Positions 54,071 through 63,677 of a DNA stretch of 64,000 nucleotides are shown here, piece by piece. How positions within the stretch are numbered: position 1 is the first letter of the stretch; every line of letters starts with the position of its first letter. This DNA comes from Solirubrobacterales bacterium (GTDB lineage: Bacteria > Actinomycetota > Thermoleophilia > Solirubrobacterales > JACPNS01). The position numbers and the translations under genes were made by a program. The stretch spans positions 834 to 64,833 of the forward strand of contig JBPPNF010000006.1 in NCBI GenBank assembly GCA_051306435.1. The letters are read 5' to 3'. The notes under the pieces were generated by a model. That model made no database searches. It was not told the DNA's origin and saw only the letters and a list, made by a program, of their open reading frames with translations.

Positions 54071-54122
54071 TTCACCAATAGCTTTCAGCAATCAATCACG
54101 CAATTGAAAGGCTCCGCTCAGC

Positions 54123-54362
54123 ATGGCTGTGACGAACGAAGAAGTGTTGAACAAGATCAAAGACATCGTCCCGAAGTTCGGCGTCGACCCGGGCGACGTC
54201 AGCGACACCTCGACCCTCGAGGACCTGGACATGGACTCACTCGACGTCGTCGAGATCATGCAGGCGATCGAGGATGACCTCGGCATTCGCGTTCCGGACG
54301 AAGACCTCGAGGACCTGACCACGATCGGCGACGCCGTGGCCGCTGTCGTCAAGAACGGCTGA
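54123..54362 (+). CDS. acpP: acyl carrier protein
   Basis: 79 aa, acidic, with the phosphopantetheine attachment motif LDMDSLDVVEI. Confidence 0.92.
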   Translation: MAVTNEEVLNKIKDIVPKFGVDPGDVSDTSTLEDLDMDSLDVVEIMQAIEDDLGIRVPDEDLEDLTTIGDAVAAVVKNG

Positions 54363-54380
54363 TCGGTCCGTATCCGCGTC

Positions 54381-55568
54381 GTGGCTGCTCCTCCGCTCAC
54401 CAAAGTCCTGATCACCGGCATCGGCGCGATCTCGCCCGGTGGCGTCGGCGCCGACAGCCTCTGGGAAGCCGCAATCGCCGGTCGCTCACTGCCCGAGGGC
54501 GACGTCGCCGTCAGTCCTGACATCACGGACATGCTCACGATCAAGGAGTCGCGCAGGCTCGACAAATTCGCGCGGTTCGGACTGATCGCCGCCCGCGAGG
54601 CCGTCGCCGACGCCGGTGTCAACTTCGAGGAGCTCGACCGCGAGCGTTGCGGCGCCGTCGTCGGCACCGGCATCGGTGGCTTTGAAACGATTGACGACGG
54701 AATGGAGATCCTGCGCACGAAGGGTCCGCGCATGGTTCCGGCGACCAGTGTTCCGATGCTGATGCCGAACGCAGCGGTCGCCGCCGTGATCAAGGACTTC
54801 GGGATCTGGGGACCAGGGCATTGCGTTGTGAGCGCCTGCGCTTCCGGCAACCACTCGATCGGTGAGGGCAAGCGCATGATCGAGTACGGCCATGCCGATC
54901 TCGTGATCGCGGGAAGCGCCGAGACGGCAAACCGTCCTCTGGCCACCAGCGCCTTTCGCGCGATGGGCGCGATGACCTCGAAGGGCGTGTCGCGTCCATT
55001 CGATGCTGAGCGCGACGGTTTCGTGATGAGCGAGGGTGCCGGAATGGTGGTCCTCGAATCCGAGGAACACGCCAAGAAGCGTGGCGCGCGCGTGCTTGCC
55101 GAGCTTGCCGGATACGGCGCCACCAACGACGCCTTCCACCTGGTGCAGCCCGACCCCGAGGGCCGCGGCGCGATCTCCGCGATGCGCAAGGCGATCGCCG
55201 AGGCCGGCATCGAGCCGACAGACATCGACTACATCAACGCCCACGGCACGAGCACCCCGTACAACGACCTCTCCGAGACGAAGGCCGTGAAGCAGGTGTG
55301 GGGCGACAACACGCCGCCGCCGATGTCTTCGACCAAGTCGCTTGTCGGTCACATGATGGGGGCCTCTGGATCGATTGAGGCAGTGGTTGTGGTCAAGTCG
55401 ATCCTCGAGAACCGGGCGCACCCGACCGTGAACCTGAACACCCCGGACCCTGAATGTGACCTCGACTACATCGCCGAAGGCTTCCGCGACTTCGAGATCA
55501 ACACCGCGCTTTCAAACTCGTTCGGCTTCGGTGGGCATAACGCGTGCCTGCTCTTCAAGTCGGTCTAG
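54381..55568 (+). CDS. fabF: 3-oxoacyl-ACP synthase II
   Basis: The active-site motif VSACASG, plus NAHGTSTP, VGHMMGASG and FGFGGHNA are present. GTG start. Confidence 0.9.
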   Translation: MAAPPLTKVLITGIGAISPGGVGADSLWEAAIAGRSLPEGDVAVSPDITDMLTIKESRRLDKFARFGLIAAREAVADAGVNFEELDRERCGAVVGTGIGGFETIDDGMEILRTKGPRMVPATSVPMLMPNAAVAAVIKDFGIWGPGHCVVSACASGNHSIGEGKRMIEYGHADLVIAGSAETANRPLATSAFRAMGAMTSKGVSRPFDAERDGFVMSEGAGMVVLESEEHAKKRGARVLAELAGYGATNDAFHLVQPDPEGRGAISAMRKAIAEAGIEPTDIDYINAHGTSTPYNDLSETKAVKQVWGDNTPPPMSSTKSLVGHMMGASGSIEAVVVVKSILENRAHPTVNLNTPDPECDLDYIAEGFRDFEINTALSNSFGFGGHNACLLFKSV

Positions 55569-55572
55569 TCCG

Positions 55573-56361
55573 ATGGGGATCCTCGAGGGCAAAAAGCTGC
55601 TGATCACCGGCGTGTTGACGCCGCAGAGCCTCGCCTTCCATGTCGCCCAGCGCGCGCAGGAAGAGGGGGCGACGGTTGCGCTCTCGAGCTTTGGTCGGAT
55701 GATGTCTTTGACTGAGCGGACGGCGAATCGGCTTGATCGGGATGTTGAGCTGGTGGAGCTGGATGTCAACAGCCCCGAACATCTTGAGGCGTTGCCCGGC
55801 GCGGTCGAGTCAGCATTGAATGGATTGGACGGGGTGCTGCATGCGATCGCGTTTGCCCCCGAGGATGCGTTGGGCGGGAAGTTCATGACGGCGCCGGCCG
55901 AGTCGGCTGAGCTGGCTTTTCGCACTTCGGCCTTCTCCTACAAGGCTGTCGCGCAGGCCTTGTTGCCTCTCCTGGAGGCGGGAGAGTCAGAGTCAGCGAT
56001 GGTGGGTCTGGATTTCGACGCGACGGTGGCGTGGCCGATCTATGACTGGATGGGGGTGGCGAAAGCTGCGCTCGAGTCCGTCAACCGTTACCTGGCGCGC
56101 GATCTCGGGCCGCACGGCATCCGATCGAATCTGGTTTCTGCCGGGCCTTTGAGAACCATGGCCGCCAAGGGAATCCCCGGCTTCAAGGACCTCGCCGAGA
56201 TGTGGCCGGCGCACGCCCCCCTCGGCTGGGACATCGAAGACCCGATTCCGGTCGCGAACACCGTCTGCTTCCTGCTTTCAGACCTCGCCCGCGGCATCAG
56301 CGGCGAAATCCTCCACGTCGACGGCGGCTTCCACGCCATCGGCGCCCCCTCGCCGTCCTGA
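55573..56361 (+). CDS. fabI: enoyl-ACP reductase (NADH), FabI/InhA type
   Basis: The start is moved to ATG 55573 (MGILEGKKLLITGV...). HAIAFAP, YDWMGVAKAALES (Y/K catalytic pair) and SAGPLRT are present. The upstream part of the track ORF overlaps fabF. Confidence 0.85.
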   Translation: MGILEGKKLLITGVLTPQSLAFHVAQRAQEEGATVALSSFGRMMSLTERTANRLDRDVELVELDVNSPEHLEALPGAVESALNGLDGVLHAIAFAPEDALGGKFMTAPAESAELAFRTSAFSYKAVAQALLPLLEAGESESAMVGLDFDATVAWPIYDWMGVAKAALESVNRYLARDLGPHGIRSNLVSAGPLRTMAAKGIPGFKDLAEMWPAHAPLGWDIEDPIPVANTVCFLLSDLARGISGEILHVDGGFHAIGAPSPS

Positions 56362-56395
56362 CGGTCGGCCCAGGCGAGAGCCAAGCGGCATTTCC

Positions 56396-56428
56396 TCCAC
56401 ACTCGATCCCGGTGGGATCGAGTGTGGA
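56396..56428. repeat. 15-bp-stem palindromic repeat (type 2), copy 2
   Basis: TCCACACTCGATCCC-GGT-GGGATCGAGTGTGGA forms a perfect stem and starts 35 nt after the fabI stop. It is followed by CAGTTCTTTGCGG, so it probably also acts as the fab operon terminator. Confidence 0.85.
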
Positions 56429-56539
56429 CAGTTCTTTGCGGAGGATGACGACGGGCGACCGGCCGGATCGGTGCAAGCGGGTTCCCACTACCGGCGCGTA
56501 CCGGAAGGATCCGCGTCACGCTTGAAGAACTCACCGACG

Positions 56540-57304
56540 ATGAATGCAGCAGAGAAAGTGCGCCAGATGGGGTCGCCCGTGGTCGAGTTCGAGCACGTTA
56601 CGAAGGTCTACGACGACGGCACCATGGGCTTGGAGAACGCTTCAACGGTGATTCGCGAAGGCGAGTTCGTCTTCCTCGTGGGCCCGACCGGCTGCGGCAA
56701 ATCGACCTTCATCCGCCTGATGCTGAAGGAGTTCGACGCGACTGAAGGCCACCTGTACGTGGCCGGGCGCGACATCACCAACTTGGACCGCGGCCGCATT
56801 CCCTTCCTGCGCCGCAACATTGGCGCCGTCTTCCAGGACTTCAAGTTGCTTCCCAACCGCACGGTCTACGACAACGTCGCCTACTCGCTGCTGGTGACCG
56901 GCGCGAGCCGCGCCGAGATCCGCCAGAAGGTGCCCCACAGCCTGCGCCTCGTCGGGCTCTCGACCAAGCTTCACAACTACCCCGACCAGCTCTCGGGCGG
57001 AGAACAGCAGCGCGTCTCGATCGCGCGAGCGTTCGTCAACCACCCGCCGCTGCTGATCTGCGACGAGCCGACAGGAAACCTCGACCCCGAGACTTCGCTG
57101 GGCATCATGCAGCTGATTTACCGCATCAACCGCACCGGCACCACGGTCGTCGTCGCAACGCACGACAAGCAGATGGTCGACCGCATGCGCCGCCGCGTGA
57201 TCGAACTGAAGGACTCGCACATCATCCGTGATGAGCGTGGGGCGGGCTACACCCGTGAGTTCGCCGCGCTCGACGACACGCACCAGTCGGTGGACGCCGC
57301 ATGA
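56540..57304 (+). CDS. ftsE: cell-division ABC ATPase FtsE
   Basis: Walker [10 protein letters not shown], signature LSGGEQQR and Walker [12 protein letters not shown] are present, and ftsX follows. Start is ATG 56540; ATG 56567 is also possible. Confidence 0.88.
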   Translation: MNAAEKVRQMGSPVVEFEHVTKVYDDGTMGLENASTVIREGEFVFLVGPTGCGKSTFIRLMLKEFDATEGHLYVAGRDITNLDRGRIPFLRRNIGAVFQDFKLLPNRTVYDNVAYSLLVTGASRAEIRQKVPHSLRLVGLSTKLHNYPDQLSGGEQQRVSIARAFVNHPPLLICDEPTGNLDPETSLGIMQLIYRINRTGTTVVVATHDKQMVDRMRRRVIELKDSHIIRDERGAGYTREFAALDDTHQSVDAA

Positions 57305-58200
57305 ACTTCCGCTTCTTCTTCTCCGAGGCGCTCCGAACGCTGCGCCGCAACTCCGCGCCGAGCATCGCCGCTTTCCTGACCGTGATGGTCACGACGCTGG
57401 TTCTGGGCGTGTTCATCCCGATCACCAACATTGCGACCGGCGCCGCCAACGACGTGCGCAGCCGCCTGATGGTCGAGGTCTTCATCGCCGACGCGGCCTC
57501 CAACGCCGAGGTCAACGCGTTGAAGGGCAAGCTCGAAGCGAGCCAGTACGTCAAGAGCGTCAACTACGTCTCCAAGGCTGAGGCGCAGGAAAGCCTCGAG
57601 GGCACCCTCAAGGACGCCAGCGAACTGCTGGGCAAGAACCCGCTGCCGGCTTCCTTCCAGGTGACGCCCAACGATCCCGACGACGTCGATGCGATCGTCG
57701 TCTCCCTGCAGTCGTCCGCCACGACGTCTTCAGGCAAGCCCAGTTACGCGAGCCCCGCGATCGACGACGTCCAGAACCGCGAGGATCAGACCGAGAAGAT
57801 TCTGACGATCACCGGCGGTGTGAAGTTTGCGATGTGGGGTCTGGCGATCCTGCTCGTGCTCACGTCGGCGCTGCTGGTCGGCAACACGATCCGGCTTTCG
57901 ATCTACGCGCGCCGTCGCGAGGTCGAGGTGATGCGCATGGTCGGAGCGACCAGTTGGTTCATCCGCTGGCCGTTCGTGATTGAAGGCGTCTTCGTCGGCG
58001 CGGCAGGCGGGCTTTTTGCGGTGCTGATGCTGCTCATCTTCAAGCAGACGGTGATCGATCCGGTCTCCGACAAATTCGCGTTGTTCGCCGCGCCCGACAC
58101 GATCAACTTCTGGACCTTGACGCTCGTCCTGATGATCTCCGCGGTGCTGATCTCCGCGATCGGCTCGGGAATGACGCTGCGCCGCTTCCTGCGCGTTTGA
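57301..58200 (+). CDS. ftsX: cell-division permease-like protein FtsX
   Basis: ATGA overlap with ftsE. N-terminal TM helix, an extracytoplasmic domain, then 3 C-terminal TM helices with the conserved RRREVEVMRMVGAT block. Confidence 0.88.
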   Translation: MNFRFFFSEALRTLRRNSAPSIAAFLTVMVTTLVLGVFIPITNIATGAANDVRSRLMVEVFIADAASNAEVNALKGKLEASQYVKSVNYVSKAEAQESLEGTLKDASELLGKNPLPASFQVTPNDPDDVDAIVVSLQSSATTSSGKPSYASPAIDDVQNREDQTEKILTITGGVKFAMWGLAILLVLTSALLVGNTIRLSIYARRREVEVMRMVGATSWFIRWPFVIEGVFVGAAGGLFAVLMLLIFKQTVIDPVSDKFALFAAPDTINFWTLTLVLMISAVLISAIGSGMTLRRFLRV

Positions 58201-58219
58201 GCGCCCTGAACATCTAGGG

Positions 58220-59422
58220 TTGCGCGCAGTCCTCATGCGTCCCCTGATCACAGTCCTCGCGCTCTTTGCCGCGCTCGCCTCCGGCATCTACATAGGAGCA
58301 AACCCGAACACCCCGGTGGTCGGCGTGCTGAAGGACGTCGTCGCACCCGACAGCGCTGAAATCACGGTCGATGAGGTGCAGACGTTGATCGAGAACGAGT
58401 ACTACCGCAAGGTGCCAGATTCGAAACTGACCAACGGCTCGATCAACGGCATGGTCAAGAGCCTCGACGACAAGTTCTCGCACTACTTCGACCCGCAGCA
58501 GAACAAAGAATTTGAGCAGGCGATCACGGGCAGCTTCTCGGGTGTCGGCATGGCCGTCAACGAGGACAAGCGCGGCCTTGTGGTCGGCGTGACCTATCCC
58601 GGATCCCCGGCCCGCAGCGCAGGTCTGAGGGCTGGAGACGTGATCACAAAAGTCGACGGCAAGTCGATCGCTGGGGTCTCGTCCGAGGTTGCAGTGGCAA
58701 AGGTGAAGGGTCCCGCTGGCACAAAAGTCACATTGACGGTCGCGACGCCGGTCGGCGAAGACTCCGCGAAGCTCGGCGCCGAACGCAATCTCGCGCTGAC
58801 GCGCAAGGTGATCGACATACCTGTCGCCGAAGGCAAGCTCTACAAAGAGGACGGTCGCAAGGTCGGTGTGATCCAACTGGTGAGCTTCACTGAAACCGCC
58901 GGCGAGCTGGTCGCCAAGCAGGTCGACAAGCTGAAGAAGCAGGGCGCCGACAGCTGGGTGCTCGATCTGCGTGGCAATGGCGGCGGCAGGCTCGACCAGG
59001 CCGTTGAGGTGTCGAGCATCTTCATCGACAAGGGCATGATCGTGGCGACCGACGGTCGCGCGCGCAGACGCGAGGTCTACAAGGCGATCAAGCGCGACTT
59101 CCGCACCGCGGCGCCGCTGGTCGTACTCGTGGACAGGGGCTCGGCAAGCGCCTCCGAAATCACCGCAGGAGCGGTCAAATATCGCGACCGCGGGCTGATC
59201 GTCGGCACGCGCACATTCGGAAAGGGCGTCTTCCAGGAGGTCACCGAGCTCGACAACGGCGGCGCCGTGTCGCTCACTGTCGGCAGGTACGAGCTCCCGG
59301 GCAACCACTTCATCACAAGCGCGGGCCTCGCTCCTGACCTGAAGATCGAGGACAATCAGAAGACCAGGCCAGACGAGGCGCTCAACGCCGCGTACGAAGC
59401 GCTCGCGCAGTTCAAGCAGTGA
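58220..59422 (+). CDS. ctpA: S41 carboxy-terminal processing protease (PDZ domain)
   Basis: FSGVGM..., the PDZ motif GSPARSAGLRAGDVITKVDG, then DLRGNGGG and the catalytic GSASASEI ... TFGKG motifs. Confidence 0.85.
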   Translation: MRAVLMRPLITVLALFAALASGIYIGANPNTPVVGVLKDVVAPDSAEITVDEVQTLIENEYYRKVPDSKLTNGSINGMVKSLDDKFSHYFDPQQNKEFEQAITGSFSGVGMAVNEDKRGLVVGVTYPGSPARSAGLRAGDVITKVDGKSIAGVSSEVAVAKVKGPAGTKVTLTVATPVGEDSAKLGAERNLALTRKVIDIPVAEGKLYKEDGRKVGVIQLVSFTETAGELVAKQVDKLKKQGADSWVLDLRGNGGGRLDQAVEVSSIFIDKGMIVATDGRARRREVYKAIKRDFRTAAPLVVLVDRGSASASEITAGAVKYRDRGLIVGTRTFGKGVFQEVTELDNGGAVSLTVGRYELPGNHFITSAGLAPDLKIEDNQKTRPDEALNAAYEALAQFKQ

Positions 59423-61320
59423 ACGCCGCGTTCGGCAGCAGCTTTCATTCGCCGATCGCGGCCGTGCTCGTCCCGAAGGGTCGCGCGCTTGTCGCTGCGC
59501 CGCTCTTTGAGCGCGGCCAGAAGATCCAGCTGAAATCTGAGGGCAAGCGGGGCAAGCCGCTGAAGGCTGGCGAACTGGTGATCATCGAGCCGGCGGGCAT
59601 GGCACGCGGCAAGGAGCGCGGCCGGCAGGTCACCGCCCCGGTTGCCCGGATCGTCCGCCGCGTCGGAAACGCAGACAACGCGCACGACGTGACCGAAGCG
59701 TTGATGATCGAGTACGGGCTCGAGCGCCGCTTTCCCGGCAAGGTCGAGAACTACGCCCGTGAGGCTGCCCAGAGCGCCGACGAATTCGCTCGTCGCGACC
59801 TCATGGAGCTGCCGACATTCACAATGGACCCGCACGGCGCGAAGGACTTTGACGATGCGATCTCGGCTGCACGCGACGGCGAGCGGATACGCGTCTGGGT
59901 CCACATCGCTGACGTCTCCGCTTTCGTGCGCCCGGGCGACCCCGTCGACAAAGAGGCGCGCCGCCGCGCGACCAGCGTCTATGTGCCGAACATGGTTGAA
60001 CCGATGCTCCCGGAGGCGCTCTCGAACGACGCCTGTTCGCTGGTGCCGGGCGAGCCGCGTCGCGCAGTCACCGCCGAAATGGTCTTCGAGGGTGCGGAGT
60101 GCGTCGAGCAGTCGTTCTACCGCTCCCTGATCCGCTCTGACGCGCGGTTGACTTACGGGCAGGTCGATGCAATCTTCGCCGGCGAAGCGCACCCTGAGGC
60201 TCTCTGGGCCGATCCTCTGGCACTCGCTCGCGAAGTCAGCGCCACGCTGCAGGCCGACCGCGAACGGCGCAGGGCCCTCGAAGTCGAATCGAGCGAACCG
60301 AGCTTCGAGTTCGACAAGACCGGTGCCCCGACCGAGATCCACGCCGAGCAGCAGACCGAGTCCCACCGCGTGATCGAGCACCTGATGATCGCCGCGAACG
60401 AGGCCGTCGCGCGCTTCCTCCAGGAGAAGAATCTTCCGGCGCTCTACCGGATTCACGAGAAGCCCGAAGTGTCGTCTGTCGAGCGCGTCGCCGCCCAGCT
60501 GGAGTCGTTGGGGGTCGCGCTACCGCCGATCCCCGAGAACTTCACCGAGCAGCAGGCAGAAGGCATCGTCGGCGAGATCAGCGCTGCTGTCGCGCAGCAC
60601 GTGCGGCGTACAGGAAAGGGTCGGGCAGCGCTCACTTCACTGGTCCTGCGCTCGCTCAAGCAAGCCGTCTACTCGCCGCGCAACCTCGGCCACTCGGGCC
60701 TGCGCTCGGCGAACTACTGCCACTTCACGTCACCGATCCGCCGCTATCCAGATCTGATCGTCCACCGCGCGCTGCTTTCGGGGCTGGGCGTTGACTCGAC
60801 TGCCGGCGCCGTCGAGGATCTCCAGGACGAAGCCGAGTGGACCAGCGCCCGCGAGCGCGAGGCGATCAAGATCGAACGCAAGGCCGACGACATCGTGCGC
60901 GCCTTTCTGCTGGAACGCATGCTCAAAGAGGCGGGCTGGACCCAGCCCGGCGGTACCTCGGCCTACAACCCGAGCAGCACGAAGCCGTCCCAGAATCGCA
61001 ATCGTGCGCCGAAGTTCGCCGATCGCCGGATGAAACGCGAGAGCGCCACTCACGGCCCGGTCTTCGAGGGCGAGGTGATCGGGCTGATCGGCGGCGGCAT
61101 GTTCGTGCAGTTCGGACCGGAGTTCGCTTTCGAGGGATTTGTCCCGCTTCGCGAGATCAAAGAAGCACGCGGCGGCTACTGGAATCTCAATGAGTTGCAG
61201 ACCGCTCTGGTCGACGACAACAGCGGCTTCCAGATTGCACTGGGCGACTCGATCAACGTTGCCGTGCTCGAGCTTCAGACTGCTCGCGCGCGCGTTGACC
61301 TGCTACCTGTGAGCCTCTGA
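59419..61320 (+). CDS. rnr: RNase II/R-family 3'-5' exoribonuclease
   Basis: RNB-domain motifs DPHGAKDFDDAIS, YVPNMVEPMLPE and HFTSPIRRYPDLIVHR, with a C-terminal S1-like domain. GTGA overlap with the upstream gene. Confidence 0.85.
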   Translation: MNAAFGSSFHSPIAAVLVPKGRALVAAPLFERGQKIQLKSEGKRGKPLKAGELVIIEPAGMARGKERGRQVTAPVARIVRRVGNADNAHDVTEALMIEYGLERRFPGKVENYAREAAQSADEFARRDLMELPTFTMDPHGAKDFDDAISAARDGERIRVWVHIADVSAFVRPGDPVDKEARRRATSVYVPNMVEPMLPEALSNDACSLVPGEPRRAVTAEMVFEGAECVEQSFYRSLIRSDARLTYGQVDAIFAGEAHPEALWADPLALAREVSATLQADRERRRALEVESSEPSFEFDKTGAPTEIHAEQQTESHRVIEHLMIAANEAVARFLQEKNLPALYRIHEKPEVSSVERVAAQLESLGVALPPIPENFTEQQAEGIVGEISAAVAQHVRRTGKGRAALTSLVLRSLKQAVYSPRNLGHSGLRSANYCHFTSPIRRYPDLIVHRALLSGLGVDSTAGAVEDLQDEAEWTSAREREAIKIERKADDIVRAFLLERMLKEAGWTQPGGTSAYNPSSTKPSQNRNRAPKFADRRMKRESATHGPVFEGEVIGLIGGGMFVQFGPEFAFEGFVPLREIKEARGGYWNLNELQTALVDDNSGFQIALGDSINVAVLELQTARARVDLLPVSL

Positions 61321-61805
61321 TGGCGAAGTCAAAGAAGAAGAAGGTCGACGCCGGCGACATCGCGACAAACCGCGAGGCGCGCTTTCGCTATGAGCTCTCC
61401 GACCAGGTCGAAGCCGGGATGGTTCTGACCGGCAGTGAGGTCAAGTCGATGCGCGAAGGCGGCGTGATGATGAAGGACGCCTACGCATCGGTTGAGGACG
61501 GCGAGGTCTGGCTGCGCAACCTGCACATCGCGCCCTACAAGTTCGCCGGAGATCTCAACCACGAGCCCGAGCGCCCGCGCAAGCTGCTGCTCAACCGCCG
61601 CGAAATCGACCGCATCGTCGGCAAGCTCGCCGAGCGCGGTTTCTCATTGATCCCGACGCGGATCTACTTCGCCAACGGCCGCGCCAAGGTCGAGCTGGCG
61701 CTCGGTCGCGGAAAGGACGTCGGCGACAAGCGCCAGACGATCAAGGATCGCGAGATGAAGCGTGAGATGGACCGCGCCGGAGCTGACTTCCGACGCGGCC
61801 GCTGA
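61320..61805 (+). CDS. smpB: SsrA-binding protein
   Basis: IATNREARFRYEL...GSEVKSMR...HIAPY...HEPERPRKLLLNRREI is the SmpB signature. 1-nt overlap with the rnr stop. Confidence 0.92.
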   Translation: MAKSKKKKVDAGDIATNREARFRYELSDQVEAGMVLTGSEVKSMREGGVMMKDAYASVEDGEVWLRNLHIAPYKFAGDLNHEPERPRKLLLNRREIDRIVGKLAERGFSLIPTRIYFANGRAKVELALGRGKDVGDKRQTIKDREMKREMDRAGADFRRGR

Positions 61806-61816
61806 TCTCTCGCCGA

Positions 61817-63529
61817 TTACTTGCAGAGCTTGAAATGCCCGGTCTTGGTGATGACGCGACCCTGCGGGTACGTGGCATCGGGCTTGAAGTAGACCTTGAT
61901 CTTGTACCCGTAGCTCTTGCCGGTCTTCAGCTTGGACGAGACCTTCACCTTGAACTTGAACGGTGACTTCGTGACCTTCTTGACCTGCTTGCCGTTGATG
62001 TAGAGCTTCGCGTAACGCACATTGCCGCGCGACTTGATGCCGGGGGTGAAGCTCAGCGTGCGCTTCTTGACGCACTTCTTGATGCTCTTCAGCGAGACCG
62101 AGAAGCTGCTGCATGTCGCGGCCGTGTACGTGGTCGGCGACGCAAATGTGCGCGTCTGGCCCTGGTAGCTGGTCATTGCGAAGGCGGTCGAGCCACCATC
62201 GTTGGGCTCGCTGCCGCCCACCGGGCACTGGTCAACAAGAAGCAGGCCGTTGGTACCACCGGCGATCGTCAGGTTGAACGTCGAGAAACCGACCTGCGGA
62301 ATGTTGTCGAATGTCGTCTGGATCTGGCTCGTGTTGACGAAGCGGTTCGTGCCGAGCAGGTTGAAATTGATCGCGCCGCTGACGTTAACTCCGAGGTCAG
62401 GAAGGTTGTGTCCGGGCGAGGCCTGGACGAGGTGGACATTGCCCTGCAGGCCAGCCTTGATCATCGGCGTCGTGATGCTCGCCGAGCCGACCAGAGTGCT
62501 CGCGGGGCAGTTGCGCGCGGCAAACGCTGCGGGGCTGCAGATGCGTCCGAGCTGTTTGACGTCGATGTTCAGCGCGTCAGGGAGCGTGACGACAACTGTC
62601 TTCGGAACGGCAGGACTCTGCGGAACAGCCTGAAGGCCCGGAATATCCAGCTTGGTGGTGTACGACGCAGGCTTGCCGCGGGTGGTGCCTCCAACGCTCG
62701 CGTCAGCGGTGATTGTGAACGGTGCCGGCGTCGAGCAGTCGGGCGTGGTCGGGACAACGTCAGTCTTCGTGTACTGGTTCGTGCCGGTCAGGAACGGGTC
62801 CGAATTGGCAGTCGCGTTGTTCGAGTAGAACTCGGCGTAGCCCCAGGAGTTCCAGGTGTCGCAACGCGTCGGATTGGTGATGAAGACGTTGCCGTTGCCA
62901 AGCACGCCGTAAAGCTTCTGCTCATACTTGGTCAGCTGGATCGGCAGCACTCCGAACAAGCTCTTCGCTTCGACGGGGAGGACGTCGGTTTCAGTGCGGA
63001 TACGGAAGTCGCCTTCCGGACCACTGGTCACCGGGTAGAACTGCGCGTAGGTGCGGATCGGGTCGGCGATTTTGAGTCCGAGGAGCTTGGGCTGGATGTA
63101 CGCACCCACGATCGTGGGCACTTCCGGATCGGTCTGAATCACCGAGATCGGGCCGGCCTGGTCGGTCAGCGTGATCGGGATCGGGCCGAGGTATGCCTTG
63201 GCGCTGATTGTCGCGACGCCAATCTCACTTTTGGGGTCACACGTGCCGTGGTCAAAGGTGTCTCGAGTACAACGGTCTGCATACGGCACGGCGTTCGGGT
63301 CGCCGACACCGCCGGCCGGCAGGTCGATGAGGATCTTCTTCACGGTGTCCGTGGTGTTCGACCCGTAGTCGAAGAGGGCGCCCGTCGTCAGGTCACCGTG
63401 ACCACCGACCACAGCGCTCGTCGTGCCGCCGTACGGCGTCGCGGTGTAGGCCGCGCCGGCCGTGGGAACGACGACCAGCGATGCGATGACGACCGCGAAC
63501 AGCGCGGTCAGATCCTTGCGTGAAAACAT
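61817..63529 (-). CDS. secreted hypothetical protein (570 aa) with Lys-rich C-terminal beta-domain ending ...HFKLCK
   Basis: The start is moved to ATG 63529 (RBS GGAGGA). This gives MFSRKDLTALFAVVIASLVVVPTAGAAY, a signal peptide. No family recognised. Several paired Cys residues. Confidence 0.6.
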   Translation of the reverse strand: MFSRKDLTALFAVVIASLVVVPTAGAAYTATPYGGTTSAVVGGHGDLTTGALFDYGSNTTDTVKKILIDLPAGGVGDPNAVPYADRCTRDTFDHGTCDPKSEIGVATISAKAYLGPIPITLTDQAGPISVIQTDPEVPTIVGAYIQPKLLGLKIADPIRTYAQFYPVTSGPEGDFRIRTETDVLPVEAKSLFGVLPIQLTKYEQKLYGVLGNGNVFITNPTRCDTWNSWGYAEFYSNNATANSDPFLTGTNQYTKTDVVPTTPDCSTPAPFTITADASVGGTTRGKPASYTTKLDIPGLQAVPQSPAVPKTVVVTLPDALNIDVKQLGRICSPAAFAARNCPASTLVGSASITTPMIKAGLQGNVHLVQASPGHNLPDLGVNVSGAINFNLLGTNRFVNTSQIQTTFDNIPQVGFSTFNLTIAGGTNGLLLVDQCPVGGSEPNDGGSTAFAMTSYQGQTRTFASPTTYTAATCSSFSVSLKSIKKCVKKRTLSFTPGIKSRGNVRYAKLYINGKQVKKVTKSPFKFKVKVSSKLKTGKSYGYKIKVYFKPDATYPQGRVITKTGHFKLCK

Positions 63530-63677
63530 CTGGTTCCTCCGAGAAAAGCAGGCGCGCACCCCGTACGCCGTGGACAAACAGGGTATTACCCGGTAAGCGT
63601 GAGTGCAAGTCCTTAAACACAAAGGGAGCCCGCGCGATGCGGACCCCCTTCGGGAACTTCTTGCTTTCAGCGGATGC

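Noticed and set aside
61806-61816. Expected tmRNA (ssrA) gene immediately downstream of smpB
   Set aside because: Only 11 nt separate smpB from a convergent protein-coding gene. I found no GGGGCUGA...tRNA-Ala-like 5' end or CCACCA-type 3' end in any intergenic region of the window. ssrA must lie elsewhere (check with RF00023).
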